Positions 1 to 11,100 of a DNA stretch of 64,000 nucleotides are shown here, one piece after another. The position numbers were made by a program, and so were the translations under genes. Positions within the stretch are counted from its first letter, which is position 1, and each line of letters opens with the position of its first letter. The DNA is from a virus. The notes beneath the pieces were generated by a model, which searched no databases, was not told where the DNA came from, and was given only the letters and a program-made list of their open reading frames with translations. Location of the stretch: the IMG/VR virus record IMGVR_UViG_3300024262_000019, positions 1 to 64,000 of that record, one strand, 5' to 3'.

Positions 1-63
1 GAAATAAGGCTCTGAATCAGAGACTGGGTCTGCGTTAGCTGGGCAGCAATTGCTGCTATACCG

Positions 64-390
64 CTATCCTGACTCCCCAACGGCTATTCTCAGTTCTGAG
101 TTGAGGCCATGAACCTCTTCCTCTGTTTTTTCACATTCTCTCTTAAGGGTGCGAACCCCAACGCTGGCCGTCCGACTAAGTGCTCGATTCAGCTCCATAA
201 GCTGAGATTCGAACGATGCTAATACTCGACCAAGATCCTGTGATCCAAGTGTCTCAGATTTACTGGACTCAAGGATATCTATCCGATTGGTTATCTCATC
301 AATCTCATTGATGGCGACCGGAACTCCATCCATAAAATCATCATCAGCAGTGCCAGGTCTGCTCGCCATGAAATCATCTTCACATACCAA
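64..390 (-). CDS. hypothetical coiled-coil protein
   Basis: 108-aa ORF, same strand as neighbours, GGAG 6 nt before a TTG start, heptad-like charged sequence; exact start uncertain. Confidence 0.6.
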   Translation of the reverse strand: MVCEDDFMASRPGTADDDFMDGVPVAINEIDEITNRIDILESSKSETLGSQDLGRVLASFESQLMELNRALSRTASVGVRTLKRECEKTEEEVHGLNSELRIAVGESG

Positions 391-466
391 CCATATCTCC
401 GCAAGGAGAACGGCTACAGCGAGTAACCACTCAAATCAACAACAAATAGATTCAGGGCCGCAGGCC

Positions 467-2896
467 CTAGAATACTGGAACCGATGGATCTAGCACGCCG
501 TTCCAGGCGCATTTGATCGTTCGTAAAAACATATCTTTGTCAGCACCGGGATCGTTAGTCAAGACACCGTAGGCGGCAGGCCCCCAATTGGGCACGTCTG
601 CTGTCACTGGCACATTAACGCCTGTCTCTTCGTGAACTAGTGCACCGTCAATGTAGAAGCGAGCAACAGGTGACGTTCCATTGCCTACGCCCAATGGACT
701 ATTCGCGCCATGGTATTCGACTCGGAATGTGTACATCGTATCGGCCACGATCACGATTGTGGAGTCGGTATTAGTTGTGGCGCCCGCGCCGCTGCGAACT
801 TCAGCCCTGAAGTTAGCCGAGGTAGTTTCGGCCTTGATACCAACGAACCCGCTCGCGTTCGAGTCCACGGCCAGGCCGGTAATGTCATCCAGCTCATGGA
901 AGCCCACTCCGAAATAGCTGTTTGTCAGAGTGGCCGAATTGAAACTCATCGCCCATTCCATAACCGACACAGTGTTGTCGATATCAGAAATCGGCATGTC
1001 CCCTTCTGGGTTAGGCGGACTCCCCCCAGTTGTCGGGAATAGGACAAAATTTGTGTTGCCTGCACCGCCATTCTCAAGCCTTGCTCTTATTTGAGGATCT
1101 GCCGAAGGCACCCCTAGAAAGCCATGTGACCCAGGAAGAGCAATCATGTTGGCATTGGCGTCAAACTTCACTGACATTTCAGGCGATACAGAAGCCCCGG
1201 TAACAAGGAATACACCGGAATCAATCCGCCAACGATAGGTCTCTTCGATCACGGGACCCATGCGATAACCTTCTGGCCCCCAATAATCCCGGATCCTGCC
1301 ATCACGGTCAGTCGTCTTGAAGTTGGCAGTTGCCCATGCCGCATCTGCCCATGAGTTAATGCCAGCAGCCTGATTTCTTGCGACAGGACCAGTGTTAGCC
1401 TGATCTATTCGAGATGCTGCTTCGCCGCCCACATCTTTAGCCCAATCACCCGATGCATTATCGTAGGAAGCATTGACAGTCTCAACCAAAACCCCGGATG
1501 GACTAACGTACTTTCGATAACCCTTGTTTCCTGCCGACACAGATTCCCACATCAAGGTGTACGCGCTAACACCTATACCAGCAGGCTTAGCAGACACCCT
1601 GGGCTTAAGAGCATTTGCAGCCGTAGCTAGCAGCTGACTACCAAGCTCAAACAGTCTACCGGCCAATGCCAATGCAGGAGGGTTGTCGGCTGGATTATTA
1701 GAAGCGACAACTATGCTTCCCTCTCCGGCGGGAGAGGATGAATCAAACGACACATCTGCGGATGGGTCAGAGAAATTCCCATCCTCATCCATGAGCTGAA
1801 TACTGGAGGCTCCTAGCCTCTGCCTAAATCTCTGATCGAACGGGTACGGCAACTGCGGATTCGCTGGTTCCACATTCACTTCGATGGAATCTATATAGGC
1901 AAACGTTCCGGTGACCGATGGGTCAAGCGCAGTGCACCTAACACCAAAGTCTCTAATGGAAACCGCTCCAACTGGAGCCTGCATGATTGGAGTCAATATC
2001 CTCCATGCAACATCAACCCCGCCGTCCAGGTCTTGCGTCAGTGTGGATAGCAGATCTCCGTTAGAATCAGAGAACTCAACAAAGAACTGAAACAATCCAG
2101 ACGATATTGTTAGCTCCTGCCAAACAGCTATAGAACACACCAGAAGCTCGCCAGCGACTGTCCCTATCCCAGCCTGCTGGGATATTTCACCGGTAAATGG
2201 AGTGCTACTCGTAGCCAGCTTGATTGACTTGGTTCCACTGTCTGCCTTGTCGGTTGACGTTGTCCATGTGCCAACGCCAGAGGACGACGTCTTGCGCCAA
2301 AACTGAGACGACAGTTCATATGACTGCCCAGTTTCACCTATCTCAAATAGGTCATTCCTAACGATAGGAGAGTTATTGAACGTACCCTTCTGAATATTCT
2401 GAGATGCCAGCGTCCTTCCGCTAAGGTCGATCCCACTGGCGGCTATCGCCCCAGAGGCTGGAACCGATACCGTACCCAGGACAACCAGTGAATCCCTAAA
2501 GGTAGCACCGAGGCCATCGAACTCAGCCTGAGTGTAACCTCTCAATGATCCCGTCGTGGACACTCCAATCTGATAGCTGATCAGCAGGGTGACCACGACA
2601 TCGACACTCGCATACGAATCAAGTGATACCGTAATGTCTCCTGATGCCTCATCCCTGTAATTAACCGAGAATCCATCTTCGGTCTCGAATACAGCTACAT
2701 GATCACCATTGGCGATGTCTGCATCGATGTTGATAGTCCTATCGCCAAAAAGAGGATCGGCAGTAAGCAGGAGACCCCTGTAAATTCCAGGTGGAACAAT
2801 ACCAACCGGCCTTCTATTCAATGAGGCCGAGGCATACGGATCTTTCCATTTCGAATTTATGCTGTCTGATGGCAGCGCTTGGATATCTATTGGCAT
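467..2896 (-). CDS. putative tail fibre/receptor-binding protein, paralogue 3 of 3
   Basis: 809 aa; N-terminus (KWKDPYASASLNRR..PPGIYRGL), NxxFE carbohydrate-binding-like domain and YTLMWES..GYRKYVSP.G.LVETVNA module shared with 3482-5677 and 5687-7642; unique C-terminal beta-rich domain. Confidence 0.75.
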   Translation of the reverse strand: MPIDIQALPSDSINSKWKDPYASASLNRRPVGIVPPGIYRGLLLTADPLFGDRTINIDADIANGDHVAVFETEDGFSVNYRDEASGDITVSLDSYASVDVVVTLLISYQIGVSTTGSLRGYTQAEFDGLGATFRDSLVVLGTVSVPASGAIAASGIDLSGRTLASQNIQKGTFNNSPIVRNDLFEIGETGQSYELSSQFWRKTSSSGVGTWTTSTDKADSGTKSIKLATSSTPFTGEISQQAGIGTVAGELLVCSIAVWQELTISSGLFQFFVEFSDSNGDLLSTLTQDLDGGVDVAWRILTPIMQAPVGAVSIRDFGVRCTALDPSVTGTFAYIDSIEVNVEPANPQLPYPFDQRFRQRLGASSIQLMDEDGNFSDPSADVSFDSSSPAGEGSIVVASNNPADNPPALALAGRLFELGSQLLATAANALKPRVSAKPAGIGVSAYTLMWESVSAGNKGYRKYVSPSGVLVETVNASYDNASGDWAKDVGGEAASRIDQANTGPVARNQAAGINSWADAAWATANFKTTDRDGRIRDYWGPEGYRMGPVIEETYRWRIDSGVFLVTGASVSPEMSVKFDANANMIALPGSHGFLGVPSADPQIRARLENGGAGNTNFVLFPTTGGSPPNPEGDMPISDIDNTVSVMEWAMSFNSATLTNSYFGVGFHELDDITGLAVDSNASGFVGIKAETTSANFRAEVRSGAGATTNTDSTIVIVADTMYTFRVEYHGANSPLGVGNGTSPVARFYIDGALVHEETGVNVPVTADVPNWGPAAYGVLTNDPGADKDMFLRTIKCAWNGVLDPSVPVF

Positions 2897-2899
2897 AAC

Positions 2900-3469
2900 T
2901 TAAGATATTTCTACAACACCGTTGATATCTAGACTAGTGAGCATGTCCACTACCAGAGACCTTCGAGAAGCTGCCAACGTGATTGCCTCAGCGTCCACTA
3001 TGCAGCGATCACACCAATCGGCAAAGTGGAGCATAGCTCTACAAAACGCCTTACTTCCTGCTCCGTGGCCCGCTGCTAGCAGGACTCCCATTGCAGCCAT
3101 CGCGTGCCCTACCCCAGCCTCACACTTCTCGCTCTCCGTAGCCGCTGCCTTTGCCTCTAGGCATCTACTAGAATCGTGCGCCTTGGCGCTGTCGCCGTCG
3201 GGAGTTCCCAGTAGTGCCCTGACCTCAGACTTCCATGCCACAACGCTTGCACTCATGGCTCGGTCGTACCACAGCTCAGTCAACGCTATCTGATGCGGAA
3301 CATCCAACATCCTAACACCCCATAGAGCATTAACCCCAGAATCAGTAAGGGTGGTGATCTCGTCTGGGTGCAGGATGAGAATCTCGTCAGTATAAAGTGG
3401 GCGAAGGGTGTCGATATCCTTGGTACACGCCCCTCGCGTCACCATTTCATTTAGAGCAATTGATGTCAT
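2900..3469 (-). CDS. hypothetical protein between fibre paralogues
   Basis: 189-aa ORF with GGAG RBS, tightly packed in the operon; no recognisable motif. Confidence 0.65.
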   Translation of the reverse strand: MTSIALNEMVTRGACTKDIDTLRPLYTDEILILHPDEITTLTDSGVNALWGVRMLDVPHQIALTELWYDRAMSASVVAWKSEVRALLGTPDGDSAKAHDSSRCLEAKAAATESEKCEAGVGHAMAAMGVLLAAGHGAGSKAFCRAMLHFADWCDRCIVDAEAITLAASRRSLVVDMLTSLDINGVVEIS

Positions 3470-3481
3470 TGCTTAGGCTCC

Positions 3482-5677
3482 TTATGCTGGGTGGTCATAT
3501 TGAATCCTCAGTCCTATGAAAGAAGCCAGAGAGGCTGTGCTCGCGAACTGAATCGTGGCTCCATATATTTTCTCTGTCAACAACGTGTATGGCCAAGGGG
3601 CTCCGTCTGTAGCGAAGTCGAATATGATTTGCGCCTCGGTGTTACTGTTTCCTGATTTCTTAGACCCACCTATCGTGGCATCGCTGCCAGCCACAGGATC
3701 TATCTGGTGCATTTCCACTTCGATATCGTTAGCAGCGGATGACTCGCGGAGGTAATACTTCAATTGGAGGATGCGATCTCCGCTGTGCAGCGGAAATGGT
3801 AACTCCACTTCGGTATTGCCGCCCGAATCGGGCCGCCAACCATGACCGAAAATTGCGGTTGCTGCCGGAAAAAACGAAGGCCCATTTGTACTGTCGTTGG
3901 CCCCTGACTCCTGAGCTAGTCCGGCTCCGAGATACATAAACTTAGCGCCATGAACCCCATCGCGAAGCTGATTGATCTGATCGGTTATCGTTGTAGCAGT
4001 GAGCACCCCTGCGGCTGCCACGAGAGCATTGAACGCAGTGTTGTCTACAGACATCACATTCGACGTCCACGCTCCGTCGGCCCATGTGTTCGTGCCTGCC
4101 TCCTGGTACTCAACCACCATACCAACAGACGCCACAGAACCGAGGGTCACGCGGACTGCGGTCTCGCCGTTGACATCCTTCGTCCAGTTGTTCGTAGTGT
4201 TGCTATAGGTAGCATTGACCGTTTCAACCAATGCCCCTATCGGACTCACGTACTTTCGGTAACCCTTTTCTCCGGCGGGAACAGATTCCCACATGAGCGT
4301 GTATTCAATGCCACCGGCGATTCCTACTGGAAGGATGATACGAGGCAAGCTTGCATTGGCGTCGGTACCAATAATATCAGCACCTATAGTCGCCTGGTCG
4401 GCAGCCATCGCGGTATCAGCGGTAACCGTACCGGCAGTCAGATCCCCATTGATATCAACCTTCAGCCCACCACTGCTGGCCTGGTCGTCAATATTTAGCT
4501 GATTAGCGGATGAATCATAGTTAACCTCAAGCGAGTCTGCGGAGTACAGGGCGCCTGGCTCACGCATGGACAGGCGACCCATAACCTCAAGGTCGCCACT
4601 CACCCCGTGCTGCAGATCATTGCGCTCACCTTCGGTCTCTAGCCACACCTGAACATCGTCGATGTGGATAACGTCCACCGTAGATGCATAGGTCGGAGTG
4701 CCACCGATAACGATCCTACTAAGTGTAGTTACTCCGGCTGGGACCTCGAATATGGATAAGACCTCTACATATGCGCCATCTACAGCTGCCTCATCAAGGT
4801 TAACCGAGACAGTGCTCAGGTCGGCCCCGGTGTCATCTGCAAAAATCAGATCGATGTCGATAGTTCCAGAACTCGGCACCACCAAGTTCTTCTTGCGCAG
4901 CCTTATCATTCCAAGCTGGGCAGGAGTCACCGGGACTCCGACATTCTGAGTAGCCGCAAAGGTTACTGAGCCCACGCCAGTGCAAGCCATGGTGAGCGCT
5001 AATGAGTTCCGGTCCGGATCTGTTGAAGTAACAAGCGCCGTACCGGTGCCAGTTCCTGCGGCAGCAGACAGGGCCCAGTACCAAGCGTTTGCGGTACCGT
5101 CGGCTGCTTGTTCGAAATCTCCATTGCGAGTAAGTGGGCTCCACGCCAGTGCCCCTTTTGATAGTCCTCGCCATGAATACGTCGACCTCTCGAAAGAGAT
5201 CATCGCCGTTGTAATATTCGTAGCAACCGCAGGAACGGCAACGGTACCAAGAACAATGATTTCGTTCTTGCGAGCCAGTGGCAGGGCATTCCAATCGGTG
5301 ATCGGAAATGCCATCCACGTAGCAACGGTATCCACTCCGATGGAGTAATCCATCTCCAGACCGATGACGACATCTGTGCTAGTTAGATCCGGGCTACTTA
5401 GATCTAGAATGATTGCAGTACCAGCCAGGTCCCAATACGTAAGCGAGTAGCCTGAGGTCGATTGATATACCGCCATGTGATAACCAGTGTCGGCATCAGG
5501 AGACAGCTCAACCTGGCGAGGAGCACCAAGATTTTGGATTATACGGAGCCCTTGGTAGATGCCAGGAGGCTGCGTTGGGGCAACTTTACGGTTGAGCCCC
5601 TCGGAGACGTATTGCTCCTTCCATTTCATCTTGACCAGATCAAGATTGACTACCGTTGATAGAGTTACTTCAGCCAT
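3482..5677 (-). CDS. putative tail fibre/receptor-binding protein, paralogue 2 of 3
   Basis: 731 aa; KWKEQYVSEGLNRK..PPGIYQGL N-terminus, RNGDFE domain, conserved YRKYVSP module; AGGAG RBS. Confidence 0.75.
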   Translation of the reverse strand: MAEVTLSTVVNLDLVKMKWKEQYVSEGLNRKVAPTQPPGIYQGLRIIQNLGAPRQVELSPDADTGYHMAVYQSTSGYSLTYWDLAGTAIILDLSSPDLTSTDVVIGLEMDYSIGVDTVATWMAFPITDWNALPLARKNEIIVLGTVAVPAVATNITTAMISFERSTYSWRGLSKGALAWSPLTRNGDFEQAADGTANAWYWALSAAAGTGTGTALVTSTDPDRNSLALTMACTGVGSVTFAATQNVGVPVTPAQLGMIRLRKKNLVVPSSGTIDIDLIFADDTGADLSTVSVNLDEAAVDGAYVEVLSIFEVPAGVTTLSRIVIGGTPTYASTVDVIHIDDVQVWLETEGERNDLQHGVSGDLEVMGRLSMREPGALYSADSLEVNYDSSANQLNIDDQASSGGLKVDINGDLTAGTVTADTAMAADQATIGADIIGTDANASLPRIILPVGIAGGIEYTLMWESVPAGEKGYRKYVSPIGALVETVNATYSNTTNNWTKDVNGETAVRVTLGSVASVGMVVEYQEAGTNTWADGAWTSNVMSVDNTAFNALVAAAGVLTATTITDQINQLRDGVHGAKFMYLGAGLAQESGANDSTNGPSFFPAATAIFGHGWRPDSGGNTEVELPFPLHSGDRILQLKYYLRESSAANDIEVEMHQIDPVAGSDATIGGSKKSGNSNTEAQIIFDFATDGAPWPYTLLTEKIYGATIQFASTASLASFIGLRIQYDHPA

Positions 5678-5686
5678 AGCTATCTC

Positions 5687-7642
5687 CTAGTTCTCCACGT
5701 AAGTCATAAGGCAACCGTAGAACCTGAAGTTAGTCACTCCGGTATTCTGAGTGCGGACATGTATGAAATACGACTTGCCAGACTCAAGTATGTTCGTAGC
5801 CGCATTGAAGCTTATACTAGTAAGATTCATGGACTGTTCAGCAGCAGTTGATGTCGCTGCGATATCAGACTTAGATGAAATCGTTGTTGTCGGTGGTATC
5901 TGTTCATATAAAACGGCTTCCCATGGGGACGTCGAGCTGGCATAGACATCTATTCTTGCGGTTAACAGCTCATCGCCAACCTTAAGAAATCCAGATACAG
6001 GTATTATTGCAGCCTGTTTTATGCCACCAAACCAGCTATTGAAGTACCCTGGGTAGACATCAGAGTCGGCCTGGTCTGCGCCTGGGCCATTCAGATTCTC
6101 TACGTGCTGAGCACCTGACGATGGAATATAGATCTCCCGTTGTATCCCGGCGGTAGCCGCCACCCATGCACCGTCACCCCAGGAATTCGTGCCTGGAATC
6201 TGCGACTGATTACCATAGGATGTATTCGTTAGATTGTAGCGAGAGGCTGCAACACCGTTGACATCCTTGGTCCAGAGGTTCGAAGTGTTGTCCCATTTTG
6301 CATTCACCGTCTCAACCAGTTGCCCGGTCGGTGACACATACTTTCGATAACCCATACTCCCAGGAGGAAGTGACTGCCACACCAGCGTGTACTCAATGCC
6401 GCCTGCGATACTTGGAACAGCAACGATACGAGGTATCACTATGCCTGGGGTTGCTGTCGTTGGATCTCTCGATTCGACGACTAAGTCAGTGCCATCGTAC
6501 GACAGCTTGGCTGCATCAATACCAAGAGGGCGGTTACCTACGAACAGGGAGTCTGTGAGGACTTCTCCAGATATTGAACTGTTGATGACAAACCAATCCT
6601 CGGCATTTACTTCATACCAAGATCTAATATTGTCAATCCTGTGGCATACACCTGGAGCGGCATATGTTCCAGAGGTAATAACTTTGACTGTTTTTAAGAC
6701 AGTCATATTTGCCGGTATCACCGTCACGCCATCGAAACCTACAAAAGATCCGTCAACGGCGTTGATATCGAAACTTAGGTCCACATCCGTATCAGATCCG
6801 CCAGCCTTATCCTCGAACGAAAGCCTAACAACGCCAGTTGGCGTACCTGTCGCCGCCTGAAGAACTCGCTTGTAAAAGGCTACGCGAATCTGCCTTCCAG
6901 GCGTTACGGCCAGGTATAGAGTCTGAGTTGCCGTGGCAATACATGTACCGGCAGAGGCTGAAACAAGCTCTAGGCTCTTGTCTCCACTCTGAGAATCAGT
7001 GTCCGATGGGGTGTAGCTAAAGTTTGCATTATCCGTAGATGTCTCCCAGAACGGAGACGCATGAGCGAACGTCTCGCCGATATCACCAAGCTCAAAACCA
7101 CCATTCTTGATTATCGGGTTCCATGGCACAGACTCTGCGGCACGATTAAGAAACGAAACGTCTCTCCCGTCATGATTGATATTGATAGCCGGTATGATTC
7201 CAGAAGCAGATCTGGTTACCGTACCAAGCACAACAAGACCAAGACGCTGCGCACTGGTAAGTGAGTCGAACTCAGCCTGAGTGTATCCCTGAAACTCAGC
7301 AGCCGTATCGACGCCAACTGAATACCCAGCGGACGCAGCTATAGTAATTACCTCTCCGCTAATGAATGAAGAGAGATCGAATGTAAACCGTCCAGCGAGA
7401 CGGTCTCGATACGAGATTGAGTACCCATCCTCTGTTTCGAAGACAGCAACATGGTCGCCATTGACAGCATCCTCTGCAACATCAACAGACAGGTCTACGG
7501 CACTAACCTCAAGCCTGAGACCACGGTAGACGCCTGCTGGCATGATAGCCGCGAACTTACGGTTCAGCGCCTCGGAGGCGTACGGCTCCCGCCAGCGAGT
7601 GGTAATCGCCGTGCTAGATATTGTACTTAAGGTAGTCGGCAT
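5687..7642 (-). CDS. putative tail fibre/receptor-binding protein, paralogue 1 of 3
   Basis: 651 aa; RWREPYASEALNRK..PAGVYRGL N-terminus, KNGGFE domain, conserved YRKYVSP module. Confidence 0.75.
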   Translation of the reverse strand: MPTTLSTISSTAITTRWREPYASEALNRKFAAIMPAGVYRGLRLEVSAVDLSVDVAEDAVNGDHVAVFETEDGYSISYRDRLAGRFTFDLSSFISGEVITIAASAGYSVGVDTAAEFQGYTQAEFDSLTSAQRLGLVVLGTVTRSASGIIPAININHDGRDVSFLNRAAESVPWNPIIKNGGFELGDIGETFAHASPFWETSTDNANFSYTPSDTDSQSGDKSLELVSASAGTCIATATQTLYLAVTPGRQIRVAFYKRVLQAATGTPTGVVRLSFEDKAGGSDTDVDLSFDINAVDGSFVGFDGVTVIPANMTVLKTVKVITSGTYAAPGVCHRIDNIRSWYEVNAEDWFVINSSISGEVLTDSLFVGNRPLGIDAAKLSYDGTDLVVESRDPTTATPGIVIPRIVAVPSIAGGIEYTLVWQSLPPGSMGYRKYVSPTGQLVETVNAKWDNTSNLWTKDVNGVAASRYNLTNTSYGNQSQIPGTNSWGDGAWVAATAGIQREIYIPSSGAQHVENLNGPGADQADSDVYPGYFNSWFGGIKQAAIIPVSGFLKVGDELLTARIDVYASSTSPWEAVLYEQIPPTTTISSKSDIAATSTAAEQSMNLTSISFNAATNILESGKSYFIHVRTQNTGVTNFRFYGCLMTYVEN

Positions 7643-7650
7643 ATCAGTTT

Positions 7651-8121
7651 CTAGAAATCGACAAAGATTACATGCTCAAGTGCTTTGCTGGCAGTCTTGA
7701 TCTCGATCGGGAACGTCGAATAGGCGAGCATGATCACAGGTGATACCAGCGGATAAGCGTACGAGCCGTCGAATATCCCTAGCTCAAAAAATTCAGGAGG
7801 GGCACCAGATCCGTCATCATTGGCCTCGCCTGCGGAAACGAGACATCGTATTTCAAGCCTGGTTGGAGATGTGAATGTTAGATCTAGACCAGATAGCACC
7901 TTGGAGAATACATATTGACTACCAACTGGAAACCCTGGAGCTGTCACATTCAGGAGAGTGGCACTCGGAGGGATCGGCTCCTTGCCACTTCCCAGGTCCT
8001 GCCATCCACCCTCTCCGATGGCAAATGACAACGGAGCGGCAAAAGTTTCCGTGCCTGCATAGATACCTGCCAGCTTGGCTCGCCATACATCTGTTACTAC
8101 CGCTGAAACTACTTGTGCCAT
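7651..8121 (-). CDS. tail-collar/fibre-attachment protein (P2 gpH N-terminal-like)
   Basis: VT..W.AKLA, FAIGEGG, ELGIFDG..MLAYSTFP.EIKT pattern; lies between the baseplate gene and the fibre genes. Confidence 0.65.
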   Translation of the reverse strand: MAQVVSAVVTDVWRAKLAGIYAGTETFAAPLSFAIGEGGWQDLGSGKEPIPPSATLLNVTAPGFPVGSQYVFSKVLSGLDLTFTSPTRLEIRCLVSAGEANDDGSGAPPEFFELGIFDGSYAYPLVSPVIMLAYSTFPIEIKTASKALEHVIFVDF

Positions 8122-8130
8122 ATCAATCTC

Positions 8131-11100
8131 CTAAACAGGCGTTACCTGAACCTCTATATCGTCAACGTACCAGCCTTCGCCAGTGCCAGCACCCGATGCA
8201 GCACCTGCGGTATCGAATACGAACTCTAGATGATAGTTATCGTCGGCAACAACCATTGCCTGAATATCCTCGCTATATGTCGTGATAGATCCATTTGTTC
8301 CGGTGCCATCCAGACCGAGGGATGCCTTGCCAATCGTGTAGAACAGGCCAGCACCCTTGAAGACTTCCACTCGGACCAGGTCATTTACTAGTCCGGATCG
8401 CATATCTCCGTAGTGCCTAAATCTGATAACCACAGCCGTGTCGGTAGCCAGTAGGCCAAACGCCGGTGATATCAATCTGGACACGGTAGCTATTGCAACC
8501 CCGTCGTAATCGGGGGCAACTGCTCCACCATCACCGAGCCTGCCAACGTCATTCTGACCATAGTTAAATGACTTGAACTGCGTGGACGATCTGTACTCAG
8601 TGATGTGCCACAAGCCAGATGCCGTCCATGTTCCAGCGATAAGAGGATCTGCCCCCGCCAGGTACTCCTCTAAGACATTCTCATTAGTGATGGTAACCTC
8701 GGAGGTGGCTATAATCGGTGCGCTATCTACAGGGATTAGGTCGGCAGGGAATTCATCCTCGTCGAAGTAAGCGGTATACAGCGCATCGTCTGCAGCATAT
8801 TCACTAGACGAAGAGGAAGCCGACATAGCCCATGACGCCAGAGCTGGGCCTGGGTCATAGACGAATGCAGCAATGCGAACATGCCCAGGAATCATCTGCT
8901 CCAGGCGAATGATTAGCCGACTAAGCGCATCACCTTCCAGGGCCTCTGGGTAGTCCAATATAGTATCTGGGCTGATCCGAACTAGAATCGAGCTGGCCCT
9001 ACAGAAATTGCAATCAGTTACGATCTCGCATTTCAGGAAGATATTCGCAGCTCCAACCGCCGGCGGATCTGTAGCAATAATAACAAATTGGTAGGTGGTG
9101 CCAGTCGTATTCTCGAATGACTCCAAGTATGAAACTACGCCATCATTATCTATGAACGCCCAGTTGCCGTAGTCACCTAGTACTGGGTCTGTGAAGGTCT
9201 TGGTTATCCTGTAGCGGCGACCAGTGTAGCCAAGAGTCTGCCTGCCAAGATCCTCTACATCCGTACCAATGCCAGCTATCGTAACCGTGTTAGGGGCTAT
9301 GAACTTAAGCGTCTTCCATGTGACAACGCCAGCCCCAAGCGATGGCACAACGAAGCTAGCCGTCTCAAAGCTATATGTTGAACTGTCTATCCTCTGGAAA
9401 TTTTCAATAACAAAGGTCGCAGCGGACAGATCAACGAACGAACCTTCCGTACCAAACGAAATGCTCATATCGGCAGCCGAAACTATTACTGTGACACGCT
9501 TGTTCGACCCCTCGTCGGCTGTCTGAGTTGCAGAGAGAACCGTCACAGCCTGCGCTGTACTCGGGAATAGGACATCGGAGCACAATAGATCCATCGGTAT
9601 GGCATCCATGGCAACCTCGTCGAACCTAGGACGCCTTGGATCTACCGTGGTAAATATCGTTCCACTGGTTCCACCCGATGGTTGAGTAACGATAAATCCT
9701 GCATTGGAAACCGTCTCAGACCATGTGAGTACATTCCCCGAGGTTCCGGCTACGGTGTTATTGACCGTAATAAAATCCAGAAGTCCGCCGCCGTTGCTGG
9801 CGCTCAAGAAAAGAGAGGCTGCACCATTAATGCTCGCCACCATAATGGTAGCTACGTCAATTGCAGTGGTTGCTCCGCTGATATCAACAGCGATGTTAGC
9901 CCCCGAGACTCCATTGGGAACTTTGTCGAATTCAAAAACAACAATAGGATTTATTCCATCATCCAGTGTGAAGGTTTCACCGTCTATCAGATTTGAATAT
10001 GGAATCGAAAGGATGCCGCCGGATGCTGTAGTTCCGGATGGAAACGAAAATATAGTACTCGACGGAAGACCTAGCGATATCGACTCGATGATGTTGTAGA
10101 GCGGGCTGGCAGATACAAAGTACCCTGCGTACCTGCCAAGAACACTGTAGCCAAGCTCTGTGCCCTTTACGTCCCAAATCTTGTGCGCACTATTTACATA
10201 CGACCGCTGCAGGAACTCCGGGTCGTTCCTGTCCAATTTTATGCCAACGTCGCTGGCCAGGAAGGAGAGGATGTTCTGAGAATTTATCTCTGCGTCCTCT
10301 GAGGGAGGATCATCTTCTTGTGTATATGTGACTCTTATAGAGTCAGCGTCTATCGCCGCCCCGGTATCGTTGTAGATACGTATCTGCCCAGTTGCAACTG
10401 CTCCTACGGACAGATCTATAATACTAGTGTCCGCCAGGTCACCGCCAGGCCGCCCCTCGTTAGTGAATGACCCAGATTTATCTACGCCACTCTCTTTCCA
10501 ACTAACTGTTACGCGATTATTGGCTATGTTTAGCCCGCCGACGTACGACCCCTCCACATTGAATGCGTAAGGAGGTAGTCGGGACCCGTTGTCGGATAAC
10601 GTACTAGGTGACTCAAATATAAATGCACCCGGCCCACCGCCAGTAGGACTGGTGACAATAAATCCAGCATCAGCAACCGTATCAGACCAGGCTACGTCCC
10701 CTTCGACACCTGTAGCTGGATTCGTAATAGTCACAGTCGCTGAGCCACCGGACAGGTTGCTGGCCACCAAGTTCAAAGGAGTAGCAGCGTTGATCGCAGT
10801 AACCATTGCATCAGCAACGGTGATACCTGATGTTGCAAGGGATATATCAACGGCAATATTGGCACCGGCTCCGTCTGGAACCTTGTCAAACTCAAAGATA
10901 AGTGCAGGATTTACACCGTCATCCAGGGTAAATGTCTCACCATCTATGAGGCTCGCAGAAGCCACGGCGACGATAGTTCCAATGGAAGGAGTTACCGATG
11001 GGTTCTCCTCAAAAGCATATGTTCCAGAGGCGAATGGAATGAACTCGGTACTCGACTGTCCTATGTTTTGGACAATGATGTGCTTACCCGTAGGTGCCAG

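Noticed and set aside
1-80. Protein-like minus-strand frame (LGSQDSGIAAIAAQLTQ...) running off the window edge
   Set aside because: Only about 26 codons are visible and there is no clear RBS; it cannot be judged without the adjacent sequence.
467-7642. Diversity-generating retroelement or invertible tail-fibre switch
   Set aside because: No reverse transcriptase or invertase seen, no inverted gene segments, and repeat differences are not adenine-specific.
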